A DNA stretch of 63,997 nucleotides, the filler included, from an uncultured bacterium (GTDB taxonomy: Bacteria; CAZSTA01), in the NCBI GenBank assembly GCA_964609495.1. It is 9 parts of 9 records of this genome, joined end to end, with 100 filler letters (N's around TTAATTAATTAA, not from the genome) between each part and the next. Parts side by side here need not be neighbours in the genome. Positions count along the whole stretch, not along the records: positions 15,197 to 22,638 come from CAZSTA010000183.1; positions 22,739 to 30,140 come from CAZSTA010000184.1; positions 30,241 to 37,391 come from CAZSTA010000187.1; 6 more parts are not named here. One strand, given 5' to 3'. The notes under the pieces are model-generated. The model saw only the letters and a program-made list of their open reading frames with translations, was not told the origin of the DNA and did no database searches. Below, piece by piece: positions 21,341-31,489 of this stretch (positions are counted from its first letter, which is position 1; every line of letters begins with the position of its first letter). Both the position numbers and the translations under genes were made by a program.

Positions 21341-22048
21341 TTATCCCCCGAGGTAGAGCCTGCCGACCTCCTCGTTACTCAAAAGCGCCTGACCAGTATC
21401 CTCAAACCGGTTATAACCCATAGCCAGCACATAACCACGATCGGAGAGTTTCAAAACTTCCCGGGCGTTTTGCTCCACCACTATGATGGCCACTCCGGTC
21501 TTATTAATGGCAATTATCTTCTCAAAGATCATGCTTACCAATTTCGGCTCTAGCCCAGCAGAAGGCTCATCCAAAAGTAGAACCTTAGGATCAAGCATCA
21601 GCGCACGTCCCATGGCTACCATTTGCCGTTGGCCACCGGAAAGCTTTCCTACCCGCACTCTTCTCCTGGCCTTAAGCACAGGAAATATATCATAAACTTC
21701 CTCCAGCCTATCGCGGTAGTCATCTTCACGAATAAAAGCTCCCATCGCCAGGTTCTCGCCGACAGTCAAAGATGGAAATACATTATCTGTCTGCGGTACA
21801 TAGCACATACCTTTGCGTACAATTTTATCCGGATTCAACCCTGTAATCTCCTCCCCGTTGAAGTGGACCTCGCCTTCTTTTGGCTTTAAGAGGCCAAAGA
21901 TAGTCTTCAATAGGGTTGACTTTCCAGCGCCATTTGGCCCTATAATAGAGACCATCTCACCCTCCTTCAATTCTATGCAGACTCCGTGGAGGATCTCCAT
22001 TTCTCCGTATCCTGATTTTATATTTTCAGCCTCTAGTATTATTCCCAT
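21341..22048 (-). CDS. livF: Branched-chain amino acid ABC ATPase (LivF-type)
   Basis: GPNGAGKST, LSGGQRQM, LLLDEPSAGL and VEQNA motifs. Confidence 0.9.
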   Translation of the reverse strand: MGIILEAENIKSGYGEMEILHGVCIELKEGEMVSIIGPNGAGKSTLLKTIFGLLKPKEGEVHFNGEEITGLNPDKIVRKGMCYVPQTDNVFPSLTVGENLAMGAFIREDDYRDRLEEVYDIFPVLKARRRVRVGKLSGGQRQMVAMGRALMLDPKVLLLDEPSAGLEPKLVSMIFEKIIAINKTGVAIIVVEQNAREVLKLSDRGYVLAMGYNRFEDTGQALLSNEEVGRLYLGG

Positions 22049-22053
22049 CTCTT

Positions 22054-22638
22054 CTAGGAGCCACCCAGATAGGCCTCAAGCACTCTCTCATCCTTCCTAA
22101 TCTCCTTGGGACTTCCTTCGGCAAGCTTGCGCCCTTCACTCATCACTATCACTGGGTTGCATAGGCTCAACACCAGATCCATATCGTGCTCTATCAAGAA
22201 GAAAGTGATACCTTGCTTCTCACACAGCTCCTCAATATATCTAATTAGTTTCCTCATCAAGGTCCGGTTCACGCCAGCCCCCGGCTCGTCCAGCAAGATC
22301 AGCTCTGGCTCAGCCATCATTGTCCGTGCCAGCTCCATCAGCTTCTTCTGACCCGAGGAAAGGTTACCAGCATACTCGTCTTTCAAATCTACTAGCTCCA
22401 CGAACTCAAGCACTTCTAATGCTTTGTCTCTAATCCTTTCCTCCTGGCGCCTCACCGCACCAGGCCTAAACCAGGAATTCCATAGCCTCTCGCCCATTTG
22501 ATTTGGAGGAATTACCATTAGATTCTCCAATACAGTCATCTGTTTGAGCTCTCTGGTGATCTGAAAGGTTCTATAAATCCGCTTGTGGAAGATCTTGTGA
22601 GGAGGTAACCCTTCTATCTGCTGACCTTTAAACCGAAT
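22054..22638 (-). CDS. livG: Branched-chain amino acid ABC ATPase (LivG-type), 5'-truncated
   Basis: RTFQITR...MTVLENL, LSSGQKKLMEL, LLDEP, IEHDM and VLEAYLG; the frame is open to the contig edge. Confidence 0.88.
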   Translation of the reverse strand: MRFKGQQIEGLPPHKIFHKRIYRTFQITRELKQMTVLENLMVIPPNQMGERLWNSWFRPGAVRRQEERIRDKALEVLEFVELVDLKDEYAGNLSSGQKKLMELARTMMAEPELILLDEPGAGVNRTLMRKLIRYIEELCEKQGITFFLIEHDMDLVLSLCNPVIVMSEGRKLAEGSPKEIRKDERVLEAYLGGS

Positions 22639-22935
22639 NNNNNNNNNNNNNNNNNNNNNNNNNNNNNNNNNNNNNNNNNNNNTTAATTAATTAANNNNNN
22701 NNNNNNNNNNNNNNNNNNNNNNNNNNNNNNNNNNNNNNGATTAGCAACGTTCAGGGTATTATGACCTGTATTTCCTTCCTTTCGGTTGCGATGTAGATAA
22801 ACCGCGCAGCCTGAGAAAATAATCCATTCGCAAAATCCATAGGATTTATTTCCCAATTTTGATGATGTTCTTGATATTCTTTGGAATTTATAGAGTTTTG
22901 TCGGGAAGATTTACGCGGCTGAAGGGAGAAATATA

Positions 22936-23403
22936 ATGCCCCGAATTGTAAAAGGAGGAAAATATGTATATGGTTGGTCAAAAGTAGGAGATAGAGGGAA
23001 GATTGTAATTCCTAAGGAAGCAATAGAGGAATACAATTTGATGGCATATAAAAATGTCATTTTAATACCTGGTAGCAAGCGTTCAGGAGGATTCGGTCTA
23101 ACTACGGTGGGATTATTAAAGAATTCACCTCTAGCTGTGATATTGGATAAAAATCCACAACTAGCTGAGTTTCAAGTATCCGAAGGAAAAGCAATAGAGA
23201 TTAGGGGAAAAACATATTGTTGGGTAAGGATGCATAATGATGGTAGTATTACTGTTCCTGTAGAAGCGCTAAAGCGATATGGGATTAATCCTGGTGATCG
23301 TTTACTTTCAGTGAGAGGTAGTAATATCGCTATTGGCTTTCCTGTGAGAGGCCCGATAATCGAGGAGGCAAAAAAACATTCTGAGATAGAACTGTTTGAA
23401 TGA
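22936..23403 (+). CDS. Duplicated AbrB/MazE/SpoVT-like DNA-binding domain protein
   Basis: Two swapped-hairpin-like motifs, SKVGDRGKIVIPKEA and DGSITVPVEALKRYGINPGDRL. Confidence 0.65.
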   Translation: MPRIVKGGKYVYGWSKVGDRGKIVIPKEAIEEYNLMAYKNVILIPGSKRSGGFGLTTVGLLKNSPLAVILDKNPQLAEFQVSEGKAIEIRGKTYCWVRMHNDGSITVPVEALKRYGINPGDRLLSVRGSNIAIGFPVRGPIIEEAKKHSEIELFE

Positions 23404-23525
23404 GATTATACTAAATATCGAGCCTATCCTAAAACTATAACTCTTCGCCGAGACTCTGATAACATATGAAACAAAATTAGGAATTATAACATAATTAGAG
23501 ATGATAACATACAGTAGATAGAGGT

Positions 23526-24776
23526 GTGAATATGTCCAATATCTTCAAGATAGCTGTCAGAAATGTCCTTCGTAATAGACGCAGATCCCTTCTTACCCTT
23601 ATGGCAATTGGGATGGGAGTGATGCTATCCTTTACCTACAATGGGACGATGAAGGGGATGGTTCGGGATATGATAAACAATACCATCAATATGCAGACTG
23701 GACATCTCCAAGTCCATACCAAAGGGTATATGGATAGGGAATATCTTTTACCCCTCGATCTTCTTATCTCAGATCCCGATCTAGTTAAGGAGACGATAGA
23801 GGAGGTCGCCGAGGTAGAAGAGGTGGTATCCAGAATAGAATTTTATGCTATGCTAACCCCAGATAGGGAAAATGCTAAAAATGAAAGAATTGCCGGGGTC
23901 GGAATTCAGCCCGCGGCTGAGAAGAGGATTAGCTCGTTAATCGAGATAGTCGAAGGGAATTACCTGACCGAGGATGGAGAGGAGATCTTAATTGGGCGAA
24001 AGCTGGCGGAAAAAGCTGATCTCGAAGTGGGAGATTCGGTTATCCTTCTCGGTCAATCGGTTTGGGATGCTATAAGCGCGATTCGCCTAAAGGTAGTGGG
24101 AATATATAAAGTGGCCGATATCCCACAATACGAGGAGAATTTCGCCTTTATACCTATATCCAGAGTTCAACAGTTGTTGGATATGGAAGATAAAGTTACG
24201 GAGATATCGGTCAAATTAGTTGACGGAGATCGGAATGAGGCGATAGCAGAATCTCTCGGAGAAAAACTTCAACAGAAAGGGATGGATTTAGAGGTTCACA
24301 CCTGGCAACAGCTTAATCCTGCCTTAGTCGATTATATAAAGATCATAACTCCTTTCCTAGTTGGTCTAATAGGGATAATAGTTATATTGGTAGCTGGCGG
24401 AATATTAAATACTATGCTAATGGCTTTCCTAGAGCGTTTAAAGGAGATCGGAATGATGAAAGCTATGGGAGTTAGGAGCAGGGAGATAATGGCTCTCTTT
24501 ATGACGGAGGCTGCCATAATCGGCTTTGTTGGTGCTGTCATAGGAGGTATATTAGGAAGCGCAGTAGTTTTATATTTCCAGATATATGGCTTCTCTATGG
24601 AGATGTGGGCTGATTATATGGAGGGTTTTCCGGTGCTCACGATTCGAGGACTCTTCAGTTGGCCTACTCTCCTCAGCTATATCCTGCTGGGAATCGTCGT
24701 CTCTCTCCTATCGACTCTCTATCCAGCCTATCTCGCCTCAAAACTAGAGCCGGCGGAGGCTTTGCGCAGGGTATAA
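23526..24776 (+). CDS. FtsX/LolC-E-like ABC permease 1
   Basis: IAVRNVLRNRRRSLLT, TGHLQV, ERLKEIGMMKAMG and YPAYLASKLEPAEALR motifs. Confidence 0.9.
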   Translation: MNMSNIFKIAVRNVLRNRRRSLLTLMAIGMGVMLSFTYNGTMKGMVRDMINNTINMQTGHLQVHTKGYMDREYLLPLDLLISDPDLVKETIEEVAEVEEVVSRIEFYAMLTPDRENAKNERIAGVGIQPAAEKRISSLIEIVEGNYLTEDGEEILIGRKLAEKADLEVGDSVILLGQSVWDAISAIRLKVVGIYKVADIPQYEENFAFIPISRVQQLLDMEDKVTEISVKLVDGDRNEAIAESLGEKLQQKGMDLEVHTWQQLNPALVDYIKIITPFLVGLIGIIVILVAGGILNTMLMAFLERLKEIGMMKAMGVRSREIMALFMTEAAIIGFVGAVIGGILGSAVVLYFQIYGFSMEMWADYMEGFPVLTIRGLFSWPTLLSYILLGIVVSLLSTLYPAYLASKLEPAEALRRV

Positions 24777-24808
24777 TCTGAAGCGACTCGCTTGGAAAGG
24801 AAAGGAAT

Positions 24809-26056
24809 ATGTTACTTTTAAAATTAGCCTTTAGAAATATAATGAGGAATTTCCGCCGATCGCTTATAAACTTTGCCGTGATAAGCTTTGGAGTATTTGT
24901 CTTAACAGTTATGATCGGATATTCAGATGGAGCTTTTAACCAGGTCTTCAATTCCGTCCTCAAAACTAGAACTGGACATATTCAGATACATGCTAAGGGA
25001 TATGTTGAAATCGAGGAAGAAAACGGAATCGGAGATGAAGAGTCGCTAAAGCTTACCATTCCCGATTACGAGGAGGTAAAGGAGATAACTAGATCGTTGC
25101 CTGAGGTTCAAGCTATCTCCTCGAGGATAAAATTTGTCGGTATGTTGAGCAATGGAATCGATACTGTTCCTGTCTTAGGAATGGGAATCGAGCCTGAGGA
25201 AGCTCAAATTACTTCCGTCATCAGGGTGATCCCTGGTCGTGGTCGATATCTAGCTAGTATAGATGAGAACAAGATAATGATAGGGAGGGCGCTGGCTTCG
25301 GTGATGAAGGTTGATGTAGGGGATACTCTTACCTTGGCGGTTGATACGAGCTATGGGGCGGTGAATGCTCTGGACTTCGAGGTCACAGGTATCTTCAGAG
25401 GCACTCCTGATTACGAAAAGGGGATGATCTATATCCCACTCATTCAAGCTCAAAATCTGTTGGATATGGATGATGTAGCCTCGGAGATAGTTATACTTCT
25501 TGATGATCCGAATAATTCTTGGAATGTCGCTTCTCTCCTGAATAAAGAGATCGAGACCGAGGGATTAGAAGCTGCCCCTTGGCAGGACTTAGTCAAGGTT
25601 TTAGTGAGCTGGTTAAGAGCTGGGATTATAGAAATAACGGTGATAAACTTGATCTTCTTTTTAATAGTCGCCTCAACTATCACTAATACTATGATGATGG
25701 CTGTTTTCGAGAGAACCCAGGAGATCGGGATGATTATGGCGATGGGGATGAAGAAAGTCCAGATAATAACCCTATTCGTCCTCGAGGGTAGTATCTTAGG
25801 CGTAATTAGCGCGATCTTCGGTTCTGCTTTAGGAGGAGCAGTCAACTATTATCTATCAATAGTTGGTATCGATTTTGGTATGGATATGAGTTCTCTGTCG
25901 ATGCCCTTTGAGGGAAATGTAATCTATTTTAGCTTTAAGTTATCTACCCTTCTTTTATCCTTTTTCTTCGGAGTGCTTATAACTTCGATAGCCTCGCTCT
26001 ATCCCGCGTATAAAGCCTCGAAGCTGGAACCAGGGGAGGCTCTGAGGACAGTATAA
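24809..26056 (+). CDS. FtsX/LolC-E-like ABC permease 2
   Basis: LAFRNIMRNFRRS, TGHIQI, ERTQEIG and YPAYKASKLEPGEALR motifs. Confidence 0.9.
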   Translation: MLLLKLAFRNIMRNFRRSLINFAVISFGVFVLTVMIGYSDGAFNQVFNSVLKTRTGHIQIHAKGYVEIEEENGIGDEESLKLTIPDYEEVKEITRSLPEVQAISSRIKFVGMLSNGIDTVPVLGMGIEPEEAQITSVIRVIPGRGRYLASIDENKIMIGRALASVMKVDVGDTLTLAVDTSYGAVNALDFEVTGIFRGTPDYEKGMIYIPLIQAQNLLDMDDVASEIVILLDDPNNSWNVASLLNKEIETEGLEAAPWQDLVKVLVSWLRAGIIEITVINLIFFLIVASTITNTMMMAVFERTQEIGMIMAMGMKKVQIITLFVLEGSILGVISAIFGSALGGAVNYYLSIVGIDFGMDMSSLSMPFEGNVIYFSFKLSTLLLSFFFGVLITSIASLYPAYKASKLEPGEALRTV

Positions 26057-26247
26057 TAATATAAAAGTAAATCTAAGTTAAAAATGAAAGTGAATTTCAA
26101 TATCAGCTTTTGAAACTTTTTATCCAAGATAACGTAATCTATCATACAGACTACAAAAACTATCTTGGTTTCTAAAGCTTTAACTTAGATTTTTTCTTTA
26201 TCAAACAAATTGTTCTGGACAAAATCGAATTTTAAATAAAAAATCTC

Positions 26248-26302
26248 TTGACAAATCTAGGTTAATGTGGTACAATGAAACTAGAGAAACTATTTTAGTT
26301 TC
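26248..26302 (+). promoter_or_regulatory. Promoter plus probable TetR operator
   Basis: TTGACA-17 bp-TACAAT, followed by GAAACTA (26277) and the palindrome GAAACTA-TTT-TAGTTTC (26286-26302) over the predicted start site. Confidence 0.7.
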
Positions 26303-26330
26303 CAAAGTTTAATTAGGGAGTTATCAAATT

Positions 26331-26915
26331 ATGCCCAAAGATGAAGAGAAACGAGAAATTATCTTAAAAGCCGCCCTAGAGAGATTCAAAAGATTTGGCT
26401 TTAGAAAGACAACGGTTGATGAGATAGCTAAGGATGCTAGAACAAGTAAGAGGACGATATATAAATATTTCACGAGTAAAGAGGAGATATTTAAGACCGC
26501 ATATAGAGAGATGATGTATAAGGAGACCGCTAGAGTGAAGGAAATTATGGATAAACAACCCAGCGTGACAGATAAGTTGAAGCTAGGGTTTACTATTCGG
26601 AGGGAGATTATACCTCAGTTCAGCAAAGAATTTTTAGAGGATGTTAGTTTACCCGAAATTTGGGAAGGGGCTAGAGAATTCCGCCAAAAGCAGTTCGGAA
26701 TGGTGGTTGAGATAATAGAAGAAGGCATCGCTAAGGGAGAATTAAAGCCAATCAACCCTCAGCTAGTAACTATGATGATAATAGGAATAGCTGATATTCT
26801 CCTCACTCCCGAATTTATACTCAATTCTGGCATCCCATTCGAGGAGATAATAGAAGCTATTGAGGAGTTACTCTTCTATGGAATATGTAGAAGAGATGAA
26901 AGGAGGAATGAATAA
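26331..26915 (+). CDS. TetR/AcrR family transcriptional regulator
   Basis: ILKAALERF..FGFRKTTVDEIAKDA..SKRTIYKYFTSKEEI helix-turn-helix. Confidence 0.92.
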   Translation: MPKDEEKREIILKAALERFKRFGFRKTTVDEIAKDARTSKRTIYKYFTSKEEIFKTAYREMMYKETARVKEIMDKQPSVTDKLKLGFTIRREIIPQFSKEFLEDVSLPEIWEGAREFRQKQFGMVVEIIEEGIAKGELKPINPQLVTMMIIGIADILLTPEFILNSGIPFEEIIEAIEELLFYGICRRDERRNE

Positions 26916-28150
26916 TGAGATTTATAAAGATCGCTTGGCGCAACGTCTTCCGCAATAAGCGCCGTTCCTCTCTAGTTCTCATCACCATTGCCTCGGGGAT
27001 TGGGATCTTTATAATCCTTAATAGCATAACGGCGGGTTTTATATCTGATGCGCTTACCAATACCATCGAAACTCAGACAGCTCACCTGCAAATCCATTCT
27101 GAAGGATATGAGGAGAAGTTGGATTTTCTCCCTCTGGATATAGCTATAAGGGATTACCAAGAGCTGGAGGATGAACTTATGAAAGTTCCCGAGGTGAAAG
27201 CAGTAACCTCTCGCATAGAATTTGGGGGATTACTCGCTAAGGACGATCTCTCGATCGATCTTCTCGGGGTAGCTATTCAACCCGAGGATGAAATGAGGGT
27301 AGTCGAGAGGTTGAGAAATTCTATAAAGGAAGGAAGCTTCCTGAAGGAGGGAGAGGACGGGGTCCTGATAACCGAGGATACCGCCAAGCAGATAGAGGCT
27401 GAACTGGGAGATAAGTTGATCATCCTAGCTCCCACCTCCTATGGAGATCTGGGAGCGATAGAGGTGGAGCTAGTCGGCTTCTTCGATACCGGACTTATCA
27501 CCCAGGATAACTCTATGATGATCATCGCTCTCGGAAGCGCCAAGAGATTGCTTGATATGGAGGGTCAAATCACTGAGATGATGATAATGCACCAGGATGA
27601 TGAGGAGAGCGAGAGAGTAGCTGAGATCATCAGAGCTGGATTAAAGAATAAGGGACTTGAGATCAATACCTGGCAGCACTATAGCCAATGGCTCTTGGAT
27701 ATATTGAATATAACCTACCTATTCATTGGCATTCTAGCCTTTATAATTATCGTAGTTGCCTCCACCGGCATCATAAATACAATGTTGATGACCATCTTCG
27801 AGAGGACCAGGGAGATAGGAATGATGATGTCCCTGGGGATGAGGAGAGCGACAGTTATGATCTTGTTCCTGATCGAGGCTCTGCTTCTAGGAGCTCTTGG
27901 TTCGGTTATAGGTTGTATCTTGGGAGGAAGCGTCAGTTGGTATTTATCTCGTAATCCAATATCTATTGCTGCCTCTGAAGTCGAGACGGCGTCAGAGTTC
28001 GGAATAGGTCAACAGCTCTATGCGATCTTCTCCACCTCAGACATAACCCTTGCCTTCTTCATAGGGGTTATAATCGCAACCTTAGGCGCTCTATATCCAG
28101 CTTATCGAGCCTCTAAAGTAGAACCGATCGAGGCTTTACGCTTCGTATAA
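26915..28150 (+). CDS. FtsX/LolC-E-like ABC permease 3
   Basis: IAWRNVFRNKRRS, ERTREIG and YPAYRASKVEPIEALR motifs; TAATG coupling with TetR. Confidence 0.9.
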   Translation: MRFIKIAWRNVFRNKRRSSLVLITIASGIGIFIILNSITAGFISDALTNTIETQTAHLQIHSEGYEEKLDFLPLDIAIRDYQELEDELMKVPEVKAVTSRIEFGGLLAKDDLSIDLLGVAIQPEDEMRVVERLRNSIKEGSFLKEGEDGVLITEDTAKQIEAELGDKLIILAPTSYGDLGAIEVELVGFFDTGLITQDNSMMIIALGSAKRLLDMEGQITEMMIMHQDDEESERVAEIIRAGLKNKGLEINTWQHYSQWLLDILNITYLFIGILAFIIIVVASTGIINTMLMTIFERTREIGMMMSLGMRRATVMILFLIEALLLGALGSVIGCILGGSVSWYLSRNPISIAASEVETASEFGIGQQLYAIFSTSDITLAFFIGVIIATLGALYPAYRASKVEPIEALRFV

Positions 28151-28158
28151 TCGAGGAG

Positions 28159-29391
28159 GTGATTCAATTGTTCTTGATGAGAGTCGCTTTCAGAAATGTT
28201 TTTCGCCATAAAAGGCGTTCTCTTCTGATCATCGTTTCCATCGTAATAGGGATAATTATAGTGATATTCATTCAGAGTCTCTTTCGAGGTAGGAGGGTGA
28301 CTCTGAACGAGAGCGTGATTCGCTTTAAGACCGGTCATCTTCAGCTTCATGCTAGGGGATATGAGGAGAAATCTCGGCGACTTCCTCTAGACCTATCTAT
28401 TGAGAATCCAGATGAGATCAAGGCTATTATCGGAGACATCGAGGGGATAGAGTCTATAACTTCGAGGGTAGAGTTCTCCACTATGATAAGCAACGGAGTG
28501 GATACTATGATGCTATTAGGGATAGCAGTTGAGCCTTCGAAGGAGGAGGGAAGGGGGTTAATCGATGAGATGATCTCTGAGGGAAGCTATCTTAGCGATG
28601 GTGATCAAGGGATACTCATCGGAGAGGCTTTGGCGAAAGCGATGGGAATAACTCTAGGTGATACAGTTATGCTCTACTCTCAGACCCTTTATGGAGCTCA
28701 GAATCTGATGGATTTCGACGTAAAAGGTATCTTCAAGACTGGTTCCCCTTTCGATAAAAGCGCAGTCTTCATCTCACTTCCTAAGGCTCAAGAGTTCTTG
28801 GATATGGGAGATAGCGTAACCGAGGTGATGATTCAATTGAAGGACAACGATTATCTGGAGAAGGTTACCGAGGAGATCGCCGGAAGACTCAATGATCACG
28901 ATATCGAGCTTCACTCTTGGAGATATTATGCGAGAGAGCTTCTAGCCGATCTAGAAGGGGATAGCATCTTTATGGCCGCCTTCAATATCTTCCTCTTCTT
29001 CTTGGTGACCATAGGGATAGTCGATGTGATGACGATGTCCGTATTCGAGAGGATAAGGGAGATAGGGATGATTCGAGCGATGGGATTGAAGTCTCGAGAG
29101 GTAGTTATCCTCTTTATCCTCGAGGCTTTGATAATAGGAGTGATCGGAGCAGTTATAGGATCTATCCTAGGGGAAGCGATATCTTGGTACTTCGATGTAG
29201 TAGGGATCCCTATGCCTGAGATGACAAAAGAGATAGGAGTTGCGATCGGTGATAGGTTATACGCCTCGGTCTCCGGAAGGGATGTAGTCCTAGCCCTAGC
29301 GATCGGGATCATCGTAGCGGTGTTTGGGTCTATATATCCAGCGTATATAGCCTCTAAGATGAGGCCGGTTGAAGCCTTACGCCATATATAA
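28159..29391 (+). CDS. FtsX/LolC-E-like ABC permease 4
   Basis: VAFRNVFRHKRRS, TGHLQL, ERIREIG and YPAYIASKMRPVEALR motifs. Confidence 0.9.
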   Translation: MIQLFLMRVAFRNVFRHKRRSLLIIVSIVIGIIIVIFIQSLFRGRRVTLNESVIRFKTGHLQLHARGYEEKSRRLPLDLSIENPDEIKAIIGDIEGIESITSRVEFSTMISNGVDTMMLLGIAVEPSKEEGRGLIDEMISEGSYLSDGDQGILIGEALAKAMGITLGDTVMLYSQTLYGAQNLMDFDVKGIFKTGSPFDKSAVFISLPKAQEFLDMGDSVTEVMIQLKDNDYLEKVTEEIAGRLNDHDIELHSWRYYARELLADLEGDSIFMAAFNIFLFFLVTIGIVDVMTMSVFERIREIGMIRAMGLKSREVVILFILEALIIGVIGAVIGSILGEAISWYFDVVGIPMPEMTKEIGVAIGDRLYASVSGRDVVLALAIGIIVAVFGSIYPAYIASKMRPVEALRHI

Positions 29392-29416
29392 TCTTAAACG
29401 GAAGGAGGAAACTTTT

Positions 29417-30140
29417 ATGAAAAGAATAATAGTTTTGTTAGGAAGCATTCTGCTAATAATCGCCTTATCAGGACAAATAAAGGCTCAGGAGGAGGAACAA
29501 CTTACCGCTGATGAGATAATAACTAAGACTGATGAGCTGATGAACTCGGATTATATGGAAATGCTGGTGGAGATGAAGATCACTAAACCTGGCAAGGAGG
29601 ATAAGATAAGCGAGATGAAGCTCTATGCCCAAGAGGATGAGAACGTATTGATCAAGATTCTTTCTCCAGCTAGAGAGAAGGGACAGGGATATCTGAGGAT
29701 AGGAGACGATCTTTGGATGTATCTTCCCAGTGTAGAGAAGTCGATCCGAGTGGCAGCTAAGACTAAGGTATTGGGAGGAGATTTCACTGGATCGGATTTA
29801 ATGAGATTCGATCTGGCTAATGATTACACTGCAACCTTGGTGGGCGAAGAGGAGATAGACGGTGAACTATGTTACGTCATAGAACTGAAAGCTACGAATA
29901 GAAGCGTATCCTATGATATGGTAAAGGATTGGATACGCAAAGAGGATTTTATCCAGGCTAGGATGGAATTCTATACCCTATCAGGGAAATTACTCAAGAT
30001 TATGACCTTCTCCGATATCAAGGAGATCGGAGGCAGGATTCTCCCAACTACGATAATGATGCAGGATATGTTACGGAAGGAGAATCTAACTTGGATTCAG
30101 ATAATCGAGGCTGATTATGATGCCGAGTTATCAGATAATA
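29417..30140 (+). CDS. Outer-membrane lipoprotein-sorting (LolA-like) periplasmic protein, 3'-truncated
   Basis: ATG 29417 follows AAGGAGG; signal peptide; SPAREKGQGYL...LWMYLPS...GGDFTGSDL and EFY...GKLLK motifs. Confidence 0.85.
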
Positions 30141-30359
30141 NNNNNNNNNNNNNNNNNNNNNNNNNNNNNNNNNNNNNNNNNNNNTTAATTAATTAANNNN
30201 NNNNNNNNNNNNNNNNNNNNNNNNNNNNNNNNNNNNNNNNATATCTATCTCCATATAAAATAGCTTCTCTATCTTACCTCTTCAACCACCTGAATAGATA
30301 TTTAGCTGTCTAGTAGTATACCAAAAATATTGTCTATTGTCAAGTGTTATCTGATTTTA

Positions 30360-30529
30360 CGATGCATATAAAATTAGGGACTTGGAAAACATTATATATT
30401 ATCCCTGGTTCTTCTTTTTAAAGGAGAGGGGAGTTTGGAATGCACATGAAGAGAGACAATCACCCCTCTTCTCTGAAAAGTGGTAATTAAAGGAAATTAG
30501 ATATCAGGTCCCCGATTTTATATGCTTCC
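30360..30529. mobile_element. About 170-bp MITE with imperfect terminal inverted repeats and a 9-bp target-site duplication
   Basis: Left end CGATGCATATAAAATTAGGGACTTG; reverse complement of right end GGAAGCATATAAAATCGGGGACCTG; flanked by CTGATTTTA at 30351-30359 and 30530-30538. Confidence 0.75.
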
Positions 30530-30719
30530 CTGATTTTAGTTACCATAAACCCGTTATATGACCTTTAAAGCAGAGTCCGATAGCGACTAGGTAAAATAAG
30601 GATGAGCTTATAAAAAAATATCTACTTTTTATACAGAGAAGAGGAAATCGGAGTCAAGTAGGACTTGGTAAATATAGTTTAATATGATATAATGAAGACA
30701 AAAAACTGGAGGAATTCAA

Positions 30720-31262
30720 ATGAAGAGCGATATAGAGATATGGCTAGAAGAAGAGAGCGAAAAGGTCTTAAAGGAGGTAGGAATTAAAAAAGATCAAATT
30801 ATACTGGATTTCGGCTGTGGTTCAGGTTACTATACGATTCCTGCGGCAAAAATAGTTGGTGATGGGGGCAAGGTATATGCACTGGATAAGAGCAGAGCTT
30901 CCTTACGTGAAGTAATGCGAAGGGCAAAATCGCAGAAACTTAAAAATATACGGATAATAGAGACATCGGGAGAATTGAAAATTCCTTTGGAGGATGAATC
31001 TGTAGATGTCATATTACTTTATGATGTTATACATTCCTATTATTTTTCCTCAACTGAGAGAAGAGAATTACTAAACGAAATTTATAGGGTTTCAAAGCCT
31101 AATGCTTTAATCTCGGTTTATCCCAAACATATAGTTCAAGAGGATCTTAGAGATGAAATAGAGAGAGCGAATTTTCACTTTGAAAGAAAGATTCTTGAAA
31201 GGTTGCTTCTTCATCAAGGTAGTCTTAACCAAGACTATTTGTTAAACTTCCGAAAGGAATGA
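30720..31262 (+). CDS. Class I SAM-dependent methyltransferase
   Basis: ILDFGCGSG, VYALD and IPLEDESVDVILLYDV motifs. Confidence 0.9.
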   Translation: MKSDIEIWLEEESEKVLKEVGIKKDQIILDFGCGSGYYTIPAAKIVGDGGKVYALDKSRASLREVMRRAKSQKLKNIRIIETSGELKIPLEDESVDVILLYDVIHSYYFSSTERRELLNEIYRVSKPNALISVYPKHIVQEDLRDEIERANFHFERKILERLLLHQGSLNQDYLLNFRKE

Positions 31263-31306
31263 GCGACATCGGTAAAATTACTTGGTGGCTGTATTGCTAA
31301 CATAAT

Positions 31307-31349
31307 AAGCACTGGAAAGCTTGACAAAAAGAGTGCTTTCTGATATAAT
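31307..31349 (+). promoter_or_regulatory. Consensus promoter of the ackA operon, with an inverted repeat around -35
   Basis: TTGACA (31321)-17 bp-TATAAT (31344) with TG; AAGCACT (31307)...AGTGCTT (31332). Confidence 0.75.
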
Positions 31350-31489
31350 CCAATAATCAATGATCCAAAGTCTGTAGGAAAATTCTTCGGTATATTTTCC
31401 GATTTGGTTAGTAAGGGATAAATATAACCAAGATCTGAAAAATATTGATTTTGTAGATCTCTACTTCATAGGTTAGGGAGGGTCCGCAA

